From contig OX442314.1 in NCBI GenBank assembly GCA_949358305.1, positions 9,672,001 through 9,736,000 of the forward strand: a stretch of DNA of 64,000 nt, in the 5' to 3' direction. Each line of letters starts with the position of its first letter. Position 1 is the first letter of the stretch. This stretch comes from Strigamia acuminata (Eukaryota). Below are positions 37,323-51,955 of the stretch, in pieces. The notes below the pieces were generated by a model. It did no database searches and was not told the DNA's origin. It worked only from the letters and a program-made list of their open reading frames with translations. The translations under genes were made by a program, and so were the position numbers.

Positions 37323-38491
37323 ATATATAAATATATAAATTCAAGGTAATTTTGGTTTTCTTGGTAAATTTCCTGGTTAATTGCCATCTGGCAGCGATTC
37401 CACGAAATCCCGGGATTAATGAGATCAAACAAATGTTCGGTATTAGTTTTTTTTTATTTTATTTTATTTTTAATAGGGATCATTGATCTGAAATGAATGG
37501 TTCGTCAGATGTCATAAACTATCATCTGTACGGATGGATGAAGAGATTAGGAAGGAATCCTTCCTTGACCGTGCCATCTTGTGACGCATCATCAAATCAA
37601 TGTCAACAAGTGTAAAATTGGTAGAAAAGTGGTGGCAGTCGAATCTAATCCTAGGTAATTTCCCTTTTTTTCCTTTTCTTTTTTAAAAATGAATTTTTTT
37701 CCTTTCCCTTTCGGTGAGGCAGTTACAATTATGAAATTCTTGCTGCTCTCTCTTGCATGTGGAATTCCAATGGCATTAAATCAAAAATCTCCCGTTCGAC
37801 GAATGATTATACAAAATGTTTTACGTTACAATTTAAACCATGTATGAAGAAGAAATGAGGTGATGTTAAGAATGTGGGTCCAATGTGGATTTTTGCAAAG
37901 ATATATACAATAGAGTATCGATTATCAGAATCAATTGAGAGACCTAGGTGTGTTCATAAAACCGATTTGTTCGCATAATCAAACCATTAGGTTTTTATAC
38001 ATACCGGTATGATGAAAATTAAAAATTGTTAAAAATCATTTAAAACCGATGAAAAATGGATGAAAATCGTTAAAAATCATTTAAAACCGATGAAAAAGGG
38101 ATAAAAATCATTTAAAAGCATTTAAAACCGATAAAAAATGGATAAAAATCGTTAAAAATCATTTAAAACCGATGAAAAATGGATGAAAATCGTTAAAAAT
38201 CATTTAAAACCGATGAAAAATGGATGAAAATCGTTAAAAATCGATCTAAACTGGATAAAAATCGATCAAAAGTGGATAAAATGGATAAAAATCATTTAAA
38301 ACCGATCAAAAATGGATAAAAGTCGTTAAAAATCGATCTAAACTGGATAAAAATCGATCTAAACTGGCTAAAAATCGAACAGCTTAAAATAATCGATAAA
38401 CAGCTTAAAATACTCGGTAAAAAGCATAAAAAAAATCGGTAAAAAACATAAAAAATCGACTAAAAATCGATAAACATCGATCACCGCTGAT

Positions 38492-38691
38492 NNNNNNNNN
38501 NNNNNNNNNNNNNNNNNNNNNNNNNNNNNNNNNNNNNNNNNNNNNNNNNNNNNNNNNNNNNNNNNNNNNNNNNNNNNNNNNNNNNNNNNNNNNNNNNNNN
38601 NNNNNNNNNNNNNNNNNNNNNNNNNNNNNNNNNNNNNNNNNNNNNNNNNNNNNNNNNNNNNNNNNNNNNNNNNNNNNNNNNNNNNNNNNNN
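38492..38691. other. Assembly gap (200 N)
   Basis: Run of exactly 200 N. Confidence 1.
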
Positions 38692-39019
38692 AACTATCAC
38701 AAACACACCGTTCAGTTAGAATCCAATCCAACAAGTGATCTTTGTTACAAATTCATCTCTTTATATATCTCAACTCCACCCCCACGTCATTGGTTCGTTT
38801 CGCTTTTCTCGTTTTCACGTTCTCGCTACGTTCCCGTCCTCCCGTCCTCGGCAACCCGAAACTTCACATAGCGCGTTTTTGGCGCACCATACCATAGCCG
38901 GCCGAATGATGGCTGTTTGTGGAAATAGCCGGCCCAGTGACGGCCATCTATTCCCACAAACGTTTGTGGAAATAGACACATGTCTATTCCCACAAACGTT
39001 TGTGGGAATAGACAATGCG
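38692..39019 (-). mobile_element. Duplicated right end (TIR) of the MULE
   Basis: Same as 27194-27521, followed by TTCTTTTAT at 39020-39028. Confidence 0.9.
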
Positions 39020-39483
39020 TTCTTTTATTGCAGTTTTTGTTGATTATTTTTTTGGTCAAGTAAAAACAGAAACTTTAAACGCACTTATTTATTTTTTTAA
39101 AACTAAAGTGAAAATTTATTTTCAAATGATTTTTAACATATCATTAAACGTTCAAAACGTTGATCGAAACAGAATTTACATAAATAATGTCGAATAATGT
39201 CAAACAAGATGGCGTCTGTTAATATTTAGTAGGAACGAATTAATTTAAAAACTAAAAATAAAACTAAAAGGTGAGTAAAGAAAAAGAAATAGTGAAACCC
39301 AATTAAATACTAAATTAAATAATTATTATAATTAAATTTTTGGATTTTTTAGTTTGTTTGTTGTTGTTTTCATTCCACCAGCTTTCATTGCAAAATTTCG
39401 ATTTATGTACACAACGTTTTTATAAAATATTAAAAAAAAGAATTTTTTTTTTCTTAATTTTTATTTTTTTCTTTTGTTTGTTT

Positions 39484-40863
39484 TTATTCTATTAGTTTTT
39501 TGGCTTTGAAAAATCTTCGGAGATAAAGGACTTGCCACGTGGCTAAACCGAGCAAACAGCACATTGAAAACACACTGAAGTAGAGAACTCGCGAATTTGT
39601 GGATTCTGAAAGGGAAAAAACGAAGAAAGATTTAAGAAATTAAATATGCAATAAGTTGAATTTTTAGGTTAAAAAATTTAGGATTTTAAATGTTGAAAGA
39701 AAAAAAAAATAGAACAATTTGAATTATTTCGTTGAGATTGAATGTTTACTCCTTGAAATTCGAACAAGTTAAAATAAAATTTAAAATTCTAAAATATTCA
39801 AAAATAAAATTTAAAATTCTAAAATATTCAAAAATAAAATTTAAAATTCTAAAATATTCAAAAATAAAATTTTAAATTCTAAAATATTCAAAAATAAAAT
39901 TTAAAATTCGAAAAATATTCAAAATTAGAAATTAAAATCCGGAAAGATTCAAAATTCCAATTTAAAATCCGAAGAAATTCAAAATTTCAATTTAAAATCG
40001 AAAGAAAATTCAAAATTTTAATTTGAAATCCGAAATATTTCAAAATTTCAATCTAAAATCCAAAATAATTCAAAATTTCATTCTAAATAAAACCCAAAAA
40101 AATTCAAAATTTCAATTTAAAATCGAAAAATAATTCAAAATTTCTATTTAAAACCAAAAAAAATTTAAAATCTCAATCTAAAATCCAAAAAAATAAAAAA
40201 TATAAATAAACAAAAACCAAATAACCATTAGTATCTCTCATTTCTTCCTCCCGCTGTCTCATATAAGTAAAATCATTCACAATCGTTTCCGACAAATCCT
40301 CCAATTTTCTCAACTCAACCTCCAAAGGCTTCAACTTCGACGCTTCAGCCAACTAAAAAAAAAAACCAAAAAAAACCAAAAAATTAAAAAAAACCCAAAA
40401 AACCTCAAAAAAACCTCACAGAATCATATTGCTTGGCCTCAATGCCCCTCTTCAACGACAAATAAACTTCGATTTCCTTCTCCTCCACCCTGGTACCAGC
40501 CGGCACCTTCGACACGATACAAATTTCATAAATATCGTAATCGTCGACCGAAAACGACAATTTTCCTTTCCCGTTAATATTTTCTCTGCTCGTCAAAACA
40601 TGGCCCTTCGAGTCCGTCACCTGAAACAAATCACAAAAATAGATTAGAATGTGCGCCAAGTGTTGGTAAATATGGTAACCGACTATGAGGTCAATTTTCT
40701 GGCCGGGCGCCTCGGAAATCTCGTATTCGCCGGCCGTGAATCCTTCTTTGTGCACTTCGTCTTTGAAGCATTTCCGGGAGTTCGGATGCAGGTGGAATCT
40801 GAGTGCGTCTACATTGAGGGCTAAGATGGCGAATAGAAGTGGTAGGGTTTGTACAAGTTCCAT
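39484..40863 (-). CDS. TMED10: TMED10, second copy; exons 40863-40684, 40620-40420, 40352-40226, 39605-39484
   Basis: Identical to copy 1 at +11,498; probably an artefactual duplicate. Confidence 0.85.
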
Positions 40864-42853
40864 ATATGAGAGATTGGAGTCCTCTGCAAGCGCCGACTGG
40901 CTCTTTAGGGTTAATAACTTGATAGACGAACGTGGCAACTGCGCCGCCACTGTGATCGCGACACGATGACTTCCGGTTTTGGGTTGAGCGGTGTCTAGCG
41001 GCTGTTTTGTGAACATTTTTGTGAACGTGTTGTTGTGTTTTTTGGTGATTTGGGAGTGTGGAAATGAAAATTTTTGAAGAATAAAATAAATTTATTTGGG
41101 TTAAATTATATTTTTTGTTTAAAAATATCGTTTTCGTAAGAATTTTTTGTTTAAACATTGAATCAGTCTTTTTCTAGTTCTAGTTCAGTTTTGTTTGTAC
41201 AAGTGAACTAGGAATCTGGAATACTGGATACATTTTTGTAATATGCTTATAAAAATTTACAATATTTTGGGATTTTTTGTTGAAATTAATTTCTCAACCA
41301 TTTTGTTGAATTCATGTTTCTCTTTATTTTCTTTTAATTTTCGTTTTTTTGATGACGTATCGTCGGCCTATCGTGAAGTCGAGCGTGAAGTTCTGAATCG
41401 AGCCTCCATTTCCTAGCAGAGTTGTGTATCTATAACTGAACTGGGAAACTGCAAACCTGTCGTAAAATCGAGCAAAGTTTCCAAATTTTTGAATTTTAAT
41501 TTCTCATTTCCTTAATTCAAAATTTTCGCACAAAATTTCTACTTAAAAATCGTTAATTTTTAAAAATATGTATTCCATTTTGCTTCTTGAATGACGTCAA
41601 ATACACGTCCCGCACTTGGATCCAGGACCAGAACTAGATCTAACAAATCCAACGCCATTTTCATAATGGCCGCCGATAAAATTCGAAATAAATAAACAAA
41701 CACGATTTATATTTCATAATTTAAGGCACAAATATTTTTATTAGCTTAAAGTGCTCTTCCTCAAAGTGACACATAAGACTAAATGTATAATTAGCAATTT
41801 TCTTTTGCATAGCACAAAACATTTGTAGTACAAAATATTTCTCTTTAGCAAAAATATGTGGCCCATTGACAAAACTTTGGCCTTATGGAATTAAAAAAAA
41901 TGCACAACACTGGAGGTTTATTTATTTATTTATTCAGTAGCCATTTAATTTACGAATTTAATTTATTGAGGTAATTTTTGTAATTTGCTGCTTATATATA
42001 TATTTATTTATATATATCTTAAAAAAACACTAGAAAATACTCAAAAACACTTATTGATACAATGACACAAGACAGATCTATCAAAACTCATTTCCAAGTG
42101 ACAAAACACGACACTAACACTTATATTTTTATCTCTTAACTTCAGTTTCACATCGAAAAATTAAATCTCTCCTTATAAAGTTCATTTCATAATTTATTTT
42201 GGTAAGGAAGGCAGAAAGGCATTCGAATTTAATGGAAGATACTTCTTTTCAATTTTAATTTTGAGCATATTGCATCTTGCATAGCAAATTGAGACAAATT
42301 CTTGACCAAGGCAACATTGGTGGCAGAAAAATAAAAATTTAATATTAATTAGGCCTGAGATTTTATGTCAAAAATTGTCATATTGCAATAATTTACATTT
42401 CCGGGAAAATTTATTGCAATAACAGCAATATTTTGAATTTTCTATAAAATTTACTGCAAAAATGACAATAATTGGCTTTAATAATAAAATTATTTGACAA
42501 TATTTGCTTTTATTGCAAAATTTACTGCAAATAATGCAAAAAATTGCATTTTACTGAGCAATTTACCGCAAATATTGGAATATTTTCCTATATTTTGCAT
42601 GTAAACAAAACCACTCAGGCCTAATACCCAAAAATAACCAAAAACTAACAAATTTCAACAAAAATCCTAATTATGACTCGCAAAACCGACCAAAATCATC
42701 CAAAATCCCATCAAAAAAACCGCATTCAAATTCCTTCTTCAAAAAAAAAAACAAAACTACCAAATATAAATCCAAAATAAAATAATAAAATTTAAATTTA
42801 AAAAAAAAACAAAACAAATGCACAATAAGACTTTCTTTGTACACGACATTATA

Positions 42854-44177
42854 CTACAACGAGACGAGTTTCGGCGGATTGAGACCCTCCGGACTGCCCA
42901 TGTCGGCGTTGCAATTCCTCTGCTGACTCGAGCACGTCGGGATGATCGGAGTGAGCCCGGACGAGATGGGAGTCAGGCCCGTCCCGCCCTCCATGAGCGC
43001 GTCGAAATTGAACATGCCGTTCGACGGCGTGGTAATGGGCACGCCGGCCATGTCCGCCACACTCACCGACGTGTTGAGCCTCAGACTCGTGGAATTTGGC
43101 GCCAGGTGCAGCGACGTCGGACGGGTCGGATGTTTCAAACTGTTTGCCGCGAGATCCGGCGACGAGTCGGGCGAAGCTTGTCGCATGTGGTTCGTGTTGT
43201 TTAAGCCGTTGGGTTTGCTGTTGTTGCTGCTGTTGTTGTTGTTGTTGTTTTTGTAGATGCAGCGATGCGCTTGCAGCACGAATTCCAACTGCTCTTTTTG
43301 GCTTTTTAAGTCGCCGATTTCTTTTTGGAGGATCTGTCTGCGTTCTTCTAAGTCGTCGGTTTCCTGGAGGAAAATTTGGAATTAGTTTTTTGGTTTTTTT
43401 TTGGGTTTTTTTTTTGGTTTTTTACATTGATTAGGCAATTTGTGTGGTCCAGTCGTCGTTTGCGGCATCGAGCTGCGGCTAGTTTGTTGCGTTCGCGACG
43501 GACTCGTCTTCGTTCTTCTTCTTCGGGACTTAACTGTTTGGATGGAAAAATTGGGTTAGAAATTGTGGATAATTGTGTGAAAATTAAAAATGCGAGGTAA
43601 AAGTTGACTTTTTTCGCTAAATTTTAACTAAAAATTGATTTTTTTTGGCTATATTTTAACTAAAAATTGATTTTTTTGGCTAAATTTAAACTAAAAATTG
43701 ATTTTTTGGTTAAATTTTAACCAAAAATTGATTTTTTTAGTTAAATTTGAACAAAAAATTGATTTTTTGGCTAAATTTGAACTAAAAATTGATTTTCTGG
43801 GTTCTTTTACATTGAAAGCATTAAAATATAGTATTTGTGATAAAAATTTTAACTAAAAATTGTTTTTTTTTTTGTTGAAAATTTTATCTAAAAATTTATT
43901 TTATTTTTCAATTGAAAAATTTCATGAAAAAAATATTTTTTTCAAAATTTGACAAAAAAATTGATGTAATTTGCTCCTTTATCATTGAAAACATTAAAAA
44001 GAATTATTAATCATGAAAACTTGTACAAAAAAATTCATTTTTATTTTATTTTCCCTTGAAAAATTTCATTAAAAAAATCCCAATGCCAAAAAAAAACCTC
44101 AACCAAGAAAATCGATTAATCATTATTTTTTTTCCATTGAATAATATCCCCATTTTAAATGTTTAATAATAAAAATC

Positions 44178-44229
<52 letters not shown>

Positions 44230-47200
44230 CATTCAATATTTTCATTCAAACATTTCAAGCTTTCTGCATTTATTTCTACGTGATCCCCATCCCAATTCCA
44301 AATAAAAACAGTTAATTCCAACCAACCTCACTAGAATTCTAATCACCTATAACCTTAAAATCCGCTTAATAAAATAAAAAAAAAAAAAAAAAAAAAAAAA
44401 CACTCAAGGTACGTCTCAATTCCTGAATCAAAAATCTCCCTTCAAAGCCAAATTTAACCAAATTAAATACAACAACAACTCCTTAATGTTTCCGGCATTA
44501 TACATGCAAATAACCCTTCCAATACATAAATTTCAATCACAATTTTTTTACCAAACCAAATTCCAACCCTTAAAAACCTCCTTTCCCATCCAAAAAAGCT
44601 CAAATAACCAACAAACACATCAAACCCGTCCTTAAACGCACAATAAATTTGACATAAAACCGCACTTTACCCTTAAATCTTACGTCAAATCGATCGATCG
44701 CGTCAAAACATTCGATGTGACCATTAATTATTTGAACCCCGCAAAACCATCGATGTATCAAATCCAAAATGGACGTTCAAAATCCACTACGAACGATACA
44801 TCGACCATGCAAAGCTCTTTCAATTCAATTGCAACCTATCTCGGTAGAACCTCCACTCGTGACAATTTTTCTTTTAATACCTTTTCGTCTCTGTTGGGTC
44901 TCCGTCCGCCCATGCGTCCGGACGCCTTTCTCGTGCCGATGGTCCTCGGCGGCGGCGAAGGCGACGAATACCACAAAGAATCTTCTTTGATGTTTTGGTA
45001 GTTGGATGAGTTGGTTGAAGTGTTTGATGTGTTGTTTATGCTGTTGACAACAGGTGGAACAAAACCTGCTTGGTGTTGGTGGTTGTTTGGAAGTGGCACG
45101 GATTGTAGTTCAATGAAAGTCTGTTCAATATTCCTCAGGGTTGTCGGCGTCAACGTCGGAGTCGTCCTGGTTGGGATTCCTGTGGAAAATCCATCCAGGG
45201 TTGCAAACTACAAGGAAAAAAAAACAATATTATTAATTATTAATTTATAGTTACAATTTGACATTTTCAAAACACAACAAGGAAAAAAAAAACCTTTTTT
45301 CCTCCTTAATTCAGGGAAAAAAGTTACCTTTTCTATGCAATAATTTGTTTTGAAATTTATTACATTAGTGTGCATTGTTGCCAGCAGGTGGAAACTGTAA
45401 AGCCTGATATTTACAAGTTTTTTGGGCTGGAAATTTTGTTTATGGGGTGTTTGATTTTGTGTTTTGAGTGGTGTAATAAATCACTCTTTTCATGTCACAC
45501 ACTCAAATTAAGCAGTATCAATTAATTGCGTACAGGAAATGAGAAACAAATTCATTTCTATTTCCCCCTGCACCTCCAACTCACCCCTCTGTTTCATTAT
45601 TTCTTGTCCTGTTCAATCCCAGTTTGACTTAGAAACATGATAATTTATTTTAGTCAGCCCCACAAGTAAAAAATTGGACTGATAAAAACGCAGTTGGAAT
45701 GACACAGCTGTTTCAATTCTCAATGGAGCAAGATAACATTAGGCTTATATTTTATTTCAAAGTGGGCCCAATATGTGTGTGGCTTTTTTAAATATTTAAG
45801 CTTCTTAGTCGAAATAGTCCAAAATTTAAGGTTCTTTTAGACAAAATGCATCAAAATTTAGTGAAAATAGTCCAAAATTTAAATGTATTTAGTGAAAGTA
45901 GTCCAAAATTTAAATGTATTTAGTGAATGTAGTCCAAAATTTAAATGTATTTAGTCAAAATAGTCCAAAATTTAAATGTATTTAGTCAAAATAACCTCAA
46001 ATTAATGAAAATAGTCCAAAATTTATCAAAGCAGTCTAAGCAGCCAATTAGTACCGGTAAGCTGATTTAGTCAAAATAGTCCATTATTTAGGCTAATTTA
46101 ATATAAATAGCCCATTATTTAGGCTAATTTAATATAAATAGCCCATCATTTAGGCTAATTTAATATAAATAGCCCATCATTTATGCTTATTTAGTCAAAA
46201 CAGCCAGGTTTTAGTCTAATTTAGTCAAAACAGCCAAGTTTTAGTCTAATTTATTCAAAATAGCCAAGTTTTAGACTAATTTAGTCAAAATAGTCAAGTT
46301 TTAGTCTAATTTAGTCAAAATAGTCAAGTTTTAGACTAATTTAGTCAAAGTAGCCCAATATTTAGTCTAATTTAGTCCAAACTTCCATAAATAAAATCCA
46401 GCAAATTTGGAATAATCTTCACATAAAATAAAATAGTCCCAATTTGTCTATATTAGGCCTAGTGAATTAACAAATGTTTCAAATGACCCCCGATTGAAAT
46501 TGCAGCTGTGTAGTAGTAAAAGTATCAATTTTCATTGTCTTCAACCTCAATTAATGTACACTTTCATCAGCGTGGGAAAAACTCATCCATTCTTTCACAT
46601 TTCCATACAAATTTCCCTTTTTCTTCTCCATTTTTACCTTGACTACACAACACACCTTGAACTCCCCTCAACAACCTGAAAAACCTTCACGTTTTTTCAT
46701 ACCCAGAACACAACCTAAAAAAAAAAAAATTCTTTCTTCTTAACCCTAAAATAAGCCTAAACCAAAAATCAGTCACTGATTTCACACAAAAAAAAATCAA
46801 CAAATCAAAACTGACCTTGAAATCAAACCATATCCTTAAAAAAGAGTTAGGCCTATTATTTAAACCTACACTAGTCATCCCCTCAAATTAAAAGTCAACT
46901 GTCCCATAACTAAAATTAGGCCTACTTTTTTTTATATCATCATCAAATTAAATGAACAAAAAATTCAAAATTCAAAATTCAAAATTCCACTTTCACCATA
47001 ACATTGTTGACCAAAAAAACTAAAATAAATTTTTAAAAAAATAAATAAAATAACTAATAACAAAATTAAATAAAACCATAAAGGCAACAACCAGACCTTG
47101 AAAAAAGTCATAAAGAATAAACATTCAGTGCCATGCAACTGTCACGGAATACAAAAGGCCATTGGGAACACCATGTGTGCAATCCCAACCCACAAAAACA

Positions 47201-47923
47201 AAAACAAATTTTTACAAATTTCAACCCCAAAAAAAAACACAAATAAAGTCAATTTTAATCCAAAAACCACCACCAGGGTCAATTTCAACAAATTTCAAAC
47301 CCAAAACCACCCACCTAAACCAACTTAACCCTAATTTCAACTCAAAAAAACACCACCAGGACCAATTTAACCCCAAAAATCACCACCAGGACCCAATTTA
47401 TACCCAAAAACCACCACCAGGACCAAATTTAACCCTAATTTCAAACCAAAATTCAACATCAGGGTCAATTTAAACCCGAAAATCACCACCAGGTCCCAAT
47501 TTATACTAAAAACCACCACCAGGATCACCTTAACCCTAATTTCCAACCAAAAATCCAAAAAAACCAAAAAATCCAAAAAACCATTTAACTTACTGAAACA
47601 AACAATTAAAACAAACCAAAAACCAAAAAACCAAAAACTAACTCTGGGGTGCCCGTTCAGAGCCATCAAAAAGGGGTGTGGATGTTTCGCCAAAATAGGC
47701 CTAACGCCCGCGACTCCGGCCTAACAATTTATGTAGCCGAGCGGACCGATCGCGACGGGACGAAAATGGCAAAACTCACCGTAGTTGGCGTAACGACTTC
47801 GCCGTTCGCCATCGATGACAAAATATCGGCCACAGTCAGTCTAGAATCCGAGTGTTCGCTGTCGGACGAGTTTGAGCACGAATTACTGCTGTTGCTGCTG
47901 CTGCCGCAACTCCTTGAATTCAT
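42854..47923 (-). CDS. Fos: Fos/kayak, second copy; exons 47923-47780, 45207-44881, 43533-43426, 43363-42854
   Basis: Identical to copy 1 at +11,498; probably an artefactual duplicate. Confidence 0.85.
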
Positions 47924-48789
47924 CGCACCCACGTAGGCAGAGCGCGGCGCTTGTCAATGGGCGAATCGGTCTCGCGGTAGAAAAAGCGCCGATTTTGCGG
48001 GCAAGGAGTCGAACACGTTGTAAAACCTACTACAACCTTACGACGATGAGTCATCTGAGTCTTTACAAGTTGGAAAAGCCCTACAGCTTTTATACAAAAA
48101 GCATGACATCATCGCTAGAAATAGAACAACACCTCATTACGCTCCAGTCACGTGACGCACTACGTCATTCGGTTTGCTACGAAACCGACGTCACAGCGAG
48201 TTTAAAAAGCGAAGCCTTCCGAGAAACTTTATACGCATCGCGCCTTTTAGTGAAACCCGTTGCATTTCAACGGAACGAATTAAAAAAATGCCGACAAATT
48301 CATTTCACGAAACGAAATTTTTGTTTAGATTTTTATTTCTTTCTTGCGTATCGATTAAAATGAATTAAGTGTTCAATTATTCACGTTGTTGCGTCAGGGG
48401 GATTAGTGGTCGTTTTTTTTTAGCCCCAAATCGAAAATTATGTCGCCAGTAGGGCGCCATGCCATCCGCTTCTCCCGTCCCACACCTTCGCCTCGAAGTC
48501 GAGCGTGTGGCGCCCCAATTTGACGCTTGGTGTCGCGGCGCCAGCTTCCGAGCAGACGGCGAGGCATTCGACACAAATGACTGCACATATCGATTTATTT
48601 TCCCTTCCCCCATCACACACAAAGTGAAAACAACTTTCTATTGTGTGAATAAACTAAAAACCGATCGATTTTAACCCTAAAAGTCCCAACTACGACAGTT
48701 TTTTAATTTTTCCTGGCGACAAAATACGACAAGTCGGCCATCTTTTAAGATAAAGACTATTGAATAATTCCCTTTGTTTACCAAATAAG

Positions 48790-48820
<31 letters not shown>

Positions 48821-50409
48821 ATATATAAATATATAAATTCAAGGTAATTTTGGTTTTCTTGGTAAATTTCCTGGTTAATTGCCATCTGGCAGCGATTCCA
48901 CGAAATCCCGGGATTAATGAGATCAAACAAATGTTCGGTATTAGTTTTTTTTTATTTTATTTTATTTTTAATAGGGATCATTGATCTGAAATGAATGGTT
49001 CGTCAGATGTCATAAACTATCATCTGTACGGATGGATGAAGAGATTAGGAAGGAATCCTTCCTTGACCGTGCCATCTTGTGACGCATCATCAAATCAATG
49101 TCAACAAGTGTAAAATTGGTAGAAAAGTGGTGGCAGTCGAATCTAATCCTAGGTAATTTCCCTTTTTTTCCTTTTCTTTTTTAAAAATGAATTTTTTTCC
49201 TTTCCCTTTCGGTGAGGCAGTTACAATTATGAAATTCTTGCTGCTCTCTCTTGCATGTGGAATTCCAATGGCATTAAATCAAAAATCTCCCGTTCGACGA
49301 ATGATTATACAAAATGTTTTACGTTACAATTTAAACCATGTATGAAGAAGAAATGAGGTGATGTTAAGAATGTGGGTCCAATGTGGATTTTTGCAAAGAT
49401 ATATACAATAGAGTATCGATTATCAGAATCAATTGAGAGACCTAGGTGTGTTCATAAAACCGATTTGTTCGCATAATCAAACCATTAGGTTTTTATACAT
49501 ACCGGTATGATGAAAATTAAAAATTGTTAAAAATCATTTAAAACCGATGAAAAATGGATGAAAATCGTTAAAAATCATTTAAAACCGATGAAAAAGGGAT
49601 AAAAATCATTTAAAAGCATTTAAAACCGATAAAAAATGGATAAAAATCGTTAAAAATCATTTAAAACCGATGAAAAATGGATGAAAATCGTTAAAAATCA
49701 TTTAAAACCGATGAAAAATGGATGAAAATCGTTAAAAATCGATCTAAACTGGATAAAAATCGATCAAAAGTGGATAAAATGGATAAAAATCATTTAAAAC
49801 CGATCAAAAATGGATAAAAGTCGTTAAAAATCGATCTAAACTGGATAAAAATCGATCTAAACTGGCTAAAAATCGAACAGCTTAAAATAATCGATAAACA
49901 GCTTAAAATACTCGGTAAAAAGCATAAAAAAAATCGGTAAAAAACATAAAAAATCGACTAAAAATCGATAAACATCGATCACCGCTGATCCGATAATTTA
50001 TGCTCTGCTGTATTCTTATAGCTCTCGGTGTACTGAATCGGGAAAAAATAAAATTGATCGGGGTGTCAAGGCAACATTCAGCAGGATGTTTGTGGTCGAA
50101 CATCACGATGATGTGCTGCCATTACAATGGCTTTGTTTTTGGTTGTTGATCGTGGGGGGGAGGGGAAGGGAAGCGTTAAAACAAAAGAAAAACAAAAGAG
50201 CCCAACCTCAGATTCTCATTACAATGGCAGCATATCATCAATGTTAATTCGCGATGTTTGACCGCAGTATCTCGGAGAATGTGTGTGTCTCAATCAATTT
50301 TTTTGTTTTTCCTGATTCAAGTCATCGAGGTTTATAGGAATAGCAGAAAGCTGTGCCCATTTAAACACCCAGGAATTACCTCGAATTTATGTAATAAATG
50401 TTGGGTTAA

Positions 50410-51210
50410 AAAAATTACCGATTTAGTCATAAAAAGATAAATTTTGTCGAAAAAATCACCGATTTTTCGTAAAAATTACTGATTCTTTGTAAAAATTATC
50501 GATTTTTCGTAAAATAACCGATTTTTCGTAAAATAACCGATTTTTCGTAAAAATTAATCAATTTTTCGTAAAAAATAATCGATTTTTCGTAAAAATCACC
50601 GATTTAGTCATAAAAATCGTCAATTTTGTCGACAAAATCACCAATTTTTCGTAAAAATTACCGATTTTTCGTAAAAATCACCGAAAAAAGTACAACTAAA
50701 ATTAAATTAGTGAAATTAATTTGATGATACAAACGTTTTTGTTCGTTTAAATCAACATTTAAATTGTTTGAAGGCATTTTTAATCGTAAAATACAGCATT
50801 TTCATCGTTTAAATCGACATTTAAATTGTTTGAAGGCATTTTTAATCGTAAAATACAGCATTTTCATCGTTTAAATCGACATTTTCATCGTTTAAACCGA
50901 CATTTCCATCGTTTAAATCGACATTTTCATCGTTAAATCGGCATTTTCATCGTTTAAACCGACATTTTCATCGTTTAAATCCACATTTTCATTTTTAAAT
51001 CGACATTTTCATGTTTAAATCGACATTTCCATCGTTTAAATCGACATTTCCATCGTTTAAATCGACATTTTCATCGTTTAAACCGACATTTTCATCGTTT
51101 AAACCGACATTTTCATCGTTTAAACCGACATTTTCATCGTTTAAACCGACATTTTCATCGTTTAAACCGACATTTTCATCGTTTAAACCGACATCTTCAT
51201 CGTTTAAATC
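50410..51210. repeat. Two adjacent minisatellites (about 20-bp and 21-bp units)
   Basis: CCGATTTTTCGTAAAAAT-like units about 50410-50690; TTTAAACCGACATTTTCATCG units about 50750-51210. Confidence 0.85.
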
Positions 51211-51901
51211 AGAATTCCAATTGTTCAAACCACCCAAGCAATTATTAAACACACGTTTTTAACAATTAAAACTCGCACAACCAAAACCAACGAATAAACG
51301 AAAATAAAATAAACAAAAACTCCCCCAACCAAAAAATCTCCAGCAGAACCCAACGAAGCAAAATCAATCATCTGATGAAGTGTTTCACGGAATCAACACA
51401 AGGACTCAATTGTACTCGAAACCGAAACAAAAGAAACCTCTAAACAAAACAATAGGCCTCGAATCAAACAGATGTATATTACATTCATCACCACTTCCTC
51501 CTCAAACTCGAGTGGACTTTTCAAATCCACCGAAACCAAACGATGCACGGATTGTGCGTGGAAAAAGGATGGGCTCGAGCTCGGCGAAAAAACACGTCTT
51601 CCGGGAACTCGAGTGGCGCGAAACGAGTTCGCGACTTGGCAGATTGCCTTCCTTCCCATATATGGGCACACCAACAAACCACTAGCGCGCATGCGCACAT
51701 CGTCGTCTGCTTTCAAAACCCGATTCGCACTCGCTAATCGATAAAAATGACGTAAAAATTCGTTTTTTGACGCATTTCGACCATTCTTATCGCTATCTAA
51801 CGCGATAACACGTCGTTACGAACGATATTTCGCATATGCCACGTTAAATCGACAGAAATAAAACGTAGAAACTTAAAAAATAATAAAAAATGAAAACTTA
51901 C

Positions 51902-51955
51902 CATTGATTCCGAATCCATCTCGTTGACGAGAAAATGTCGGCGCGGCCTCATCAT
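51902..51955 (-). CDS. Candidate alternative first coding exon of Fos (MMRPRRHFLVNEMDSESM)
   Basis: ATG-initiated 18 codons ending at a phase-0 consensus donor ATG|GTAAGT, in frame with the phase-0 FATLDG exon; lies in a GC-rich island. Confidence 0.5.

Larger units (their letters stand above)
27194..38491. repeat. Copy 1 of an 11,298-bp direct duplication
   Basis: Every ORF recurs at a constant +11,498 offset. Confidence 0.95.
38692..49989. repeat. Copy 2 of the 11,298-bp duplication (probable contig overlap)
   Basis: Begins immediately after the gap, matches 27194-38491, then continues into unique sequence. Confidence 0.95.

Noticed and set aside
38692..49989. Genuine Fos and TMED10 paralogues
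   Set aside because: No visible divergence and the boundaries coincide with the gap; treated as a probable artefact.
50995..51262. ORFs with LNDENVG / FKPTFSS repeats
   Set aside because: Translations of a 21-bp minisatellite.
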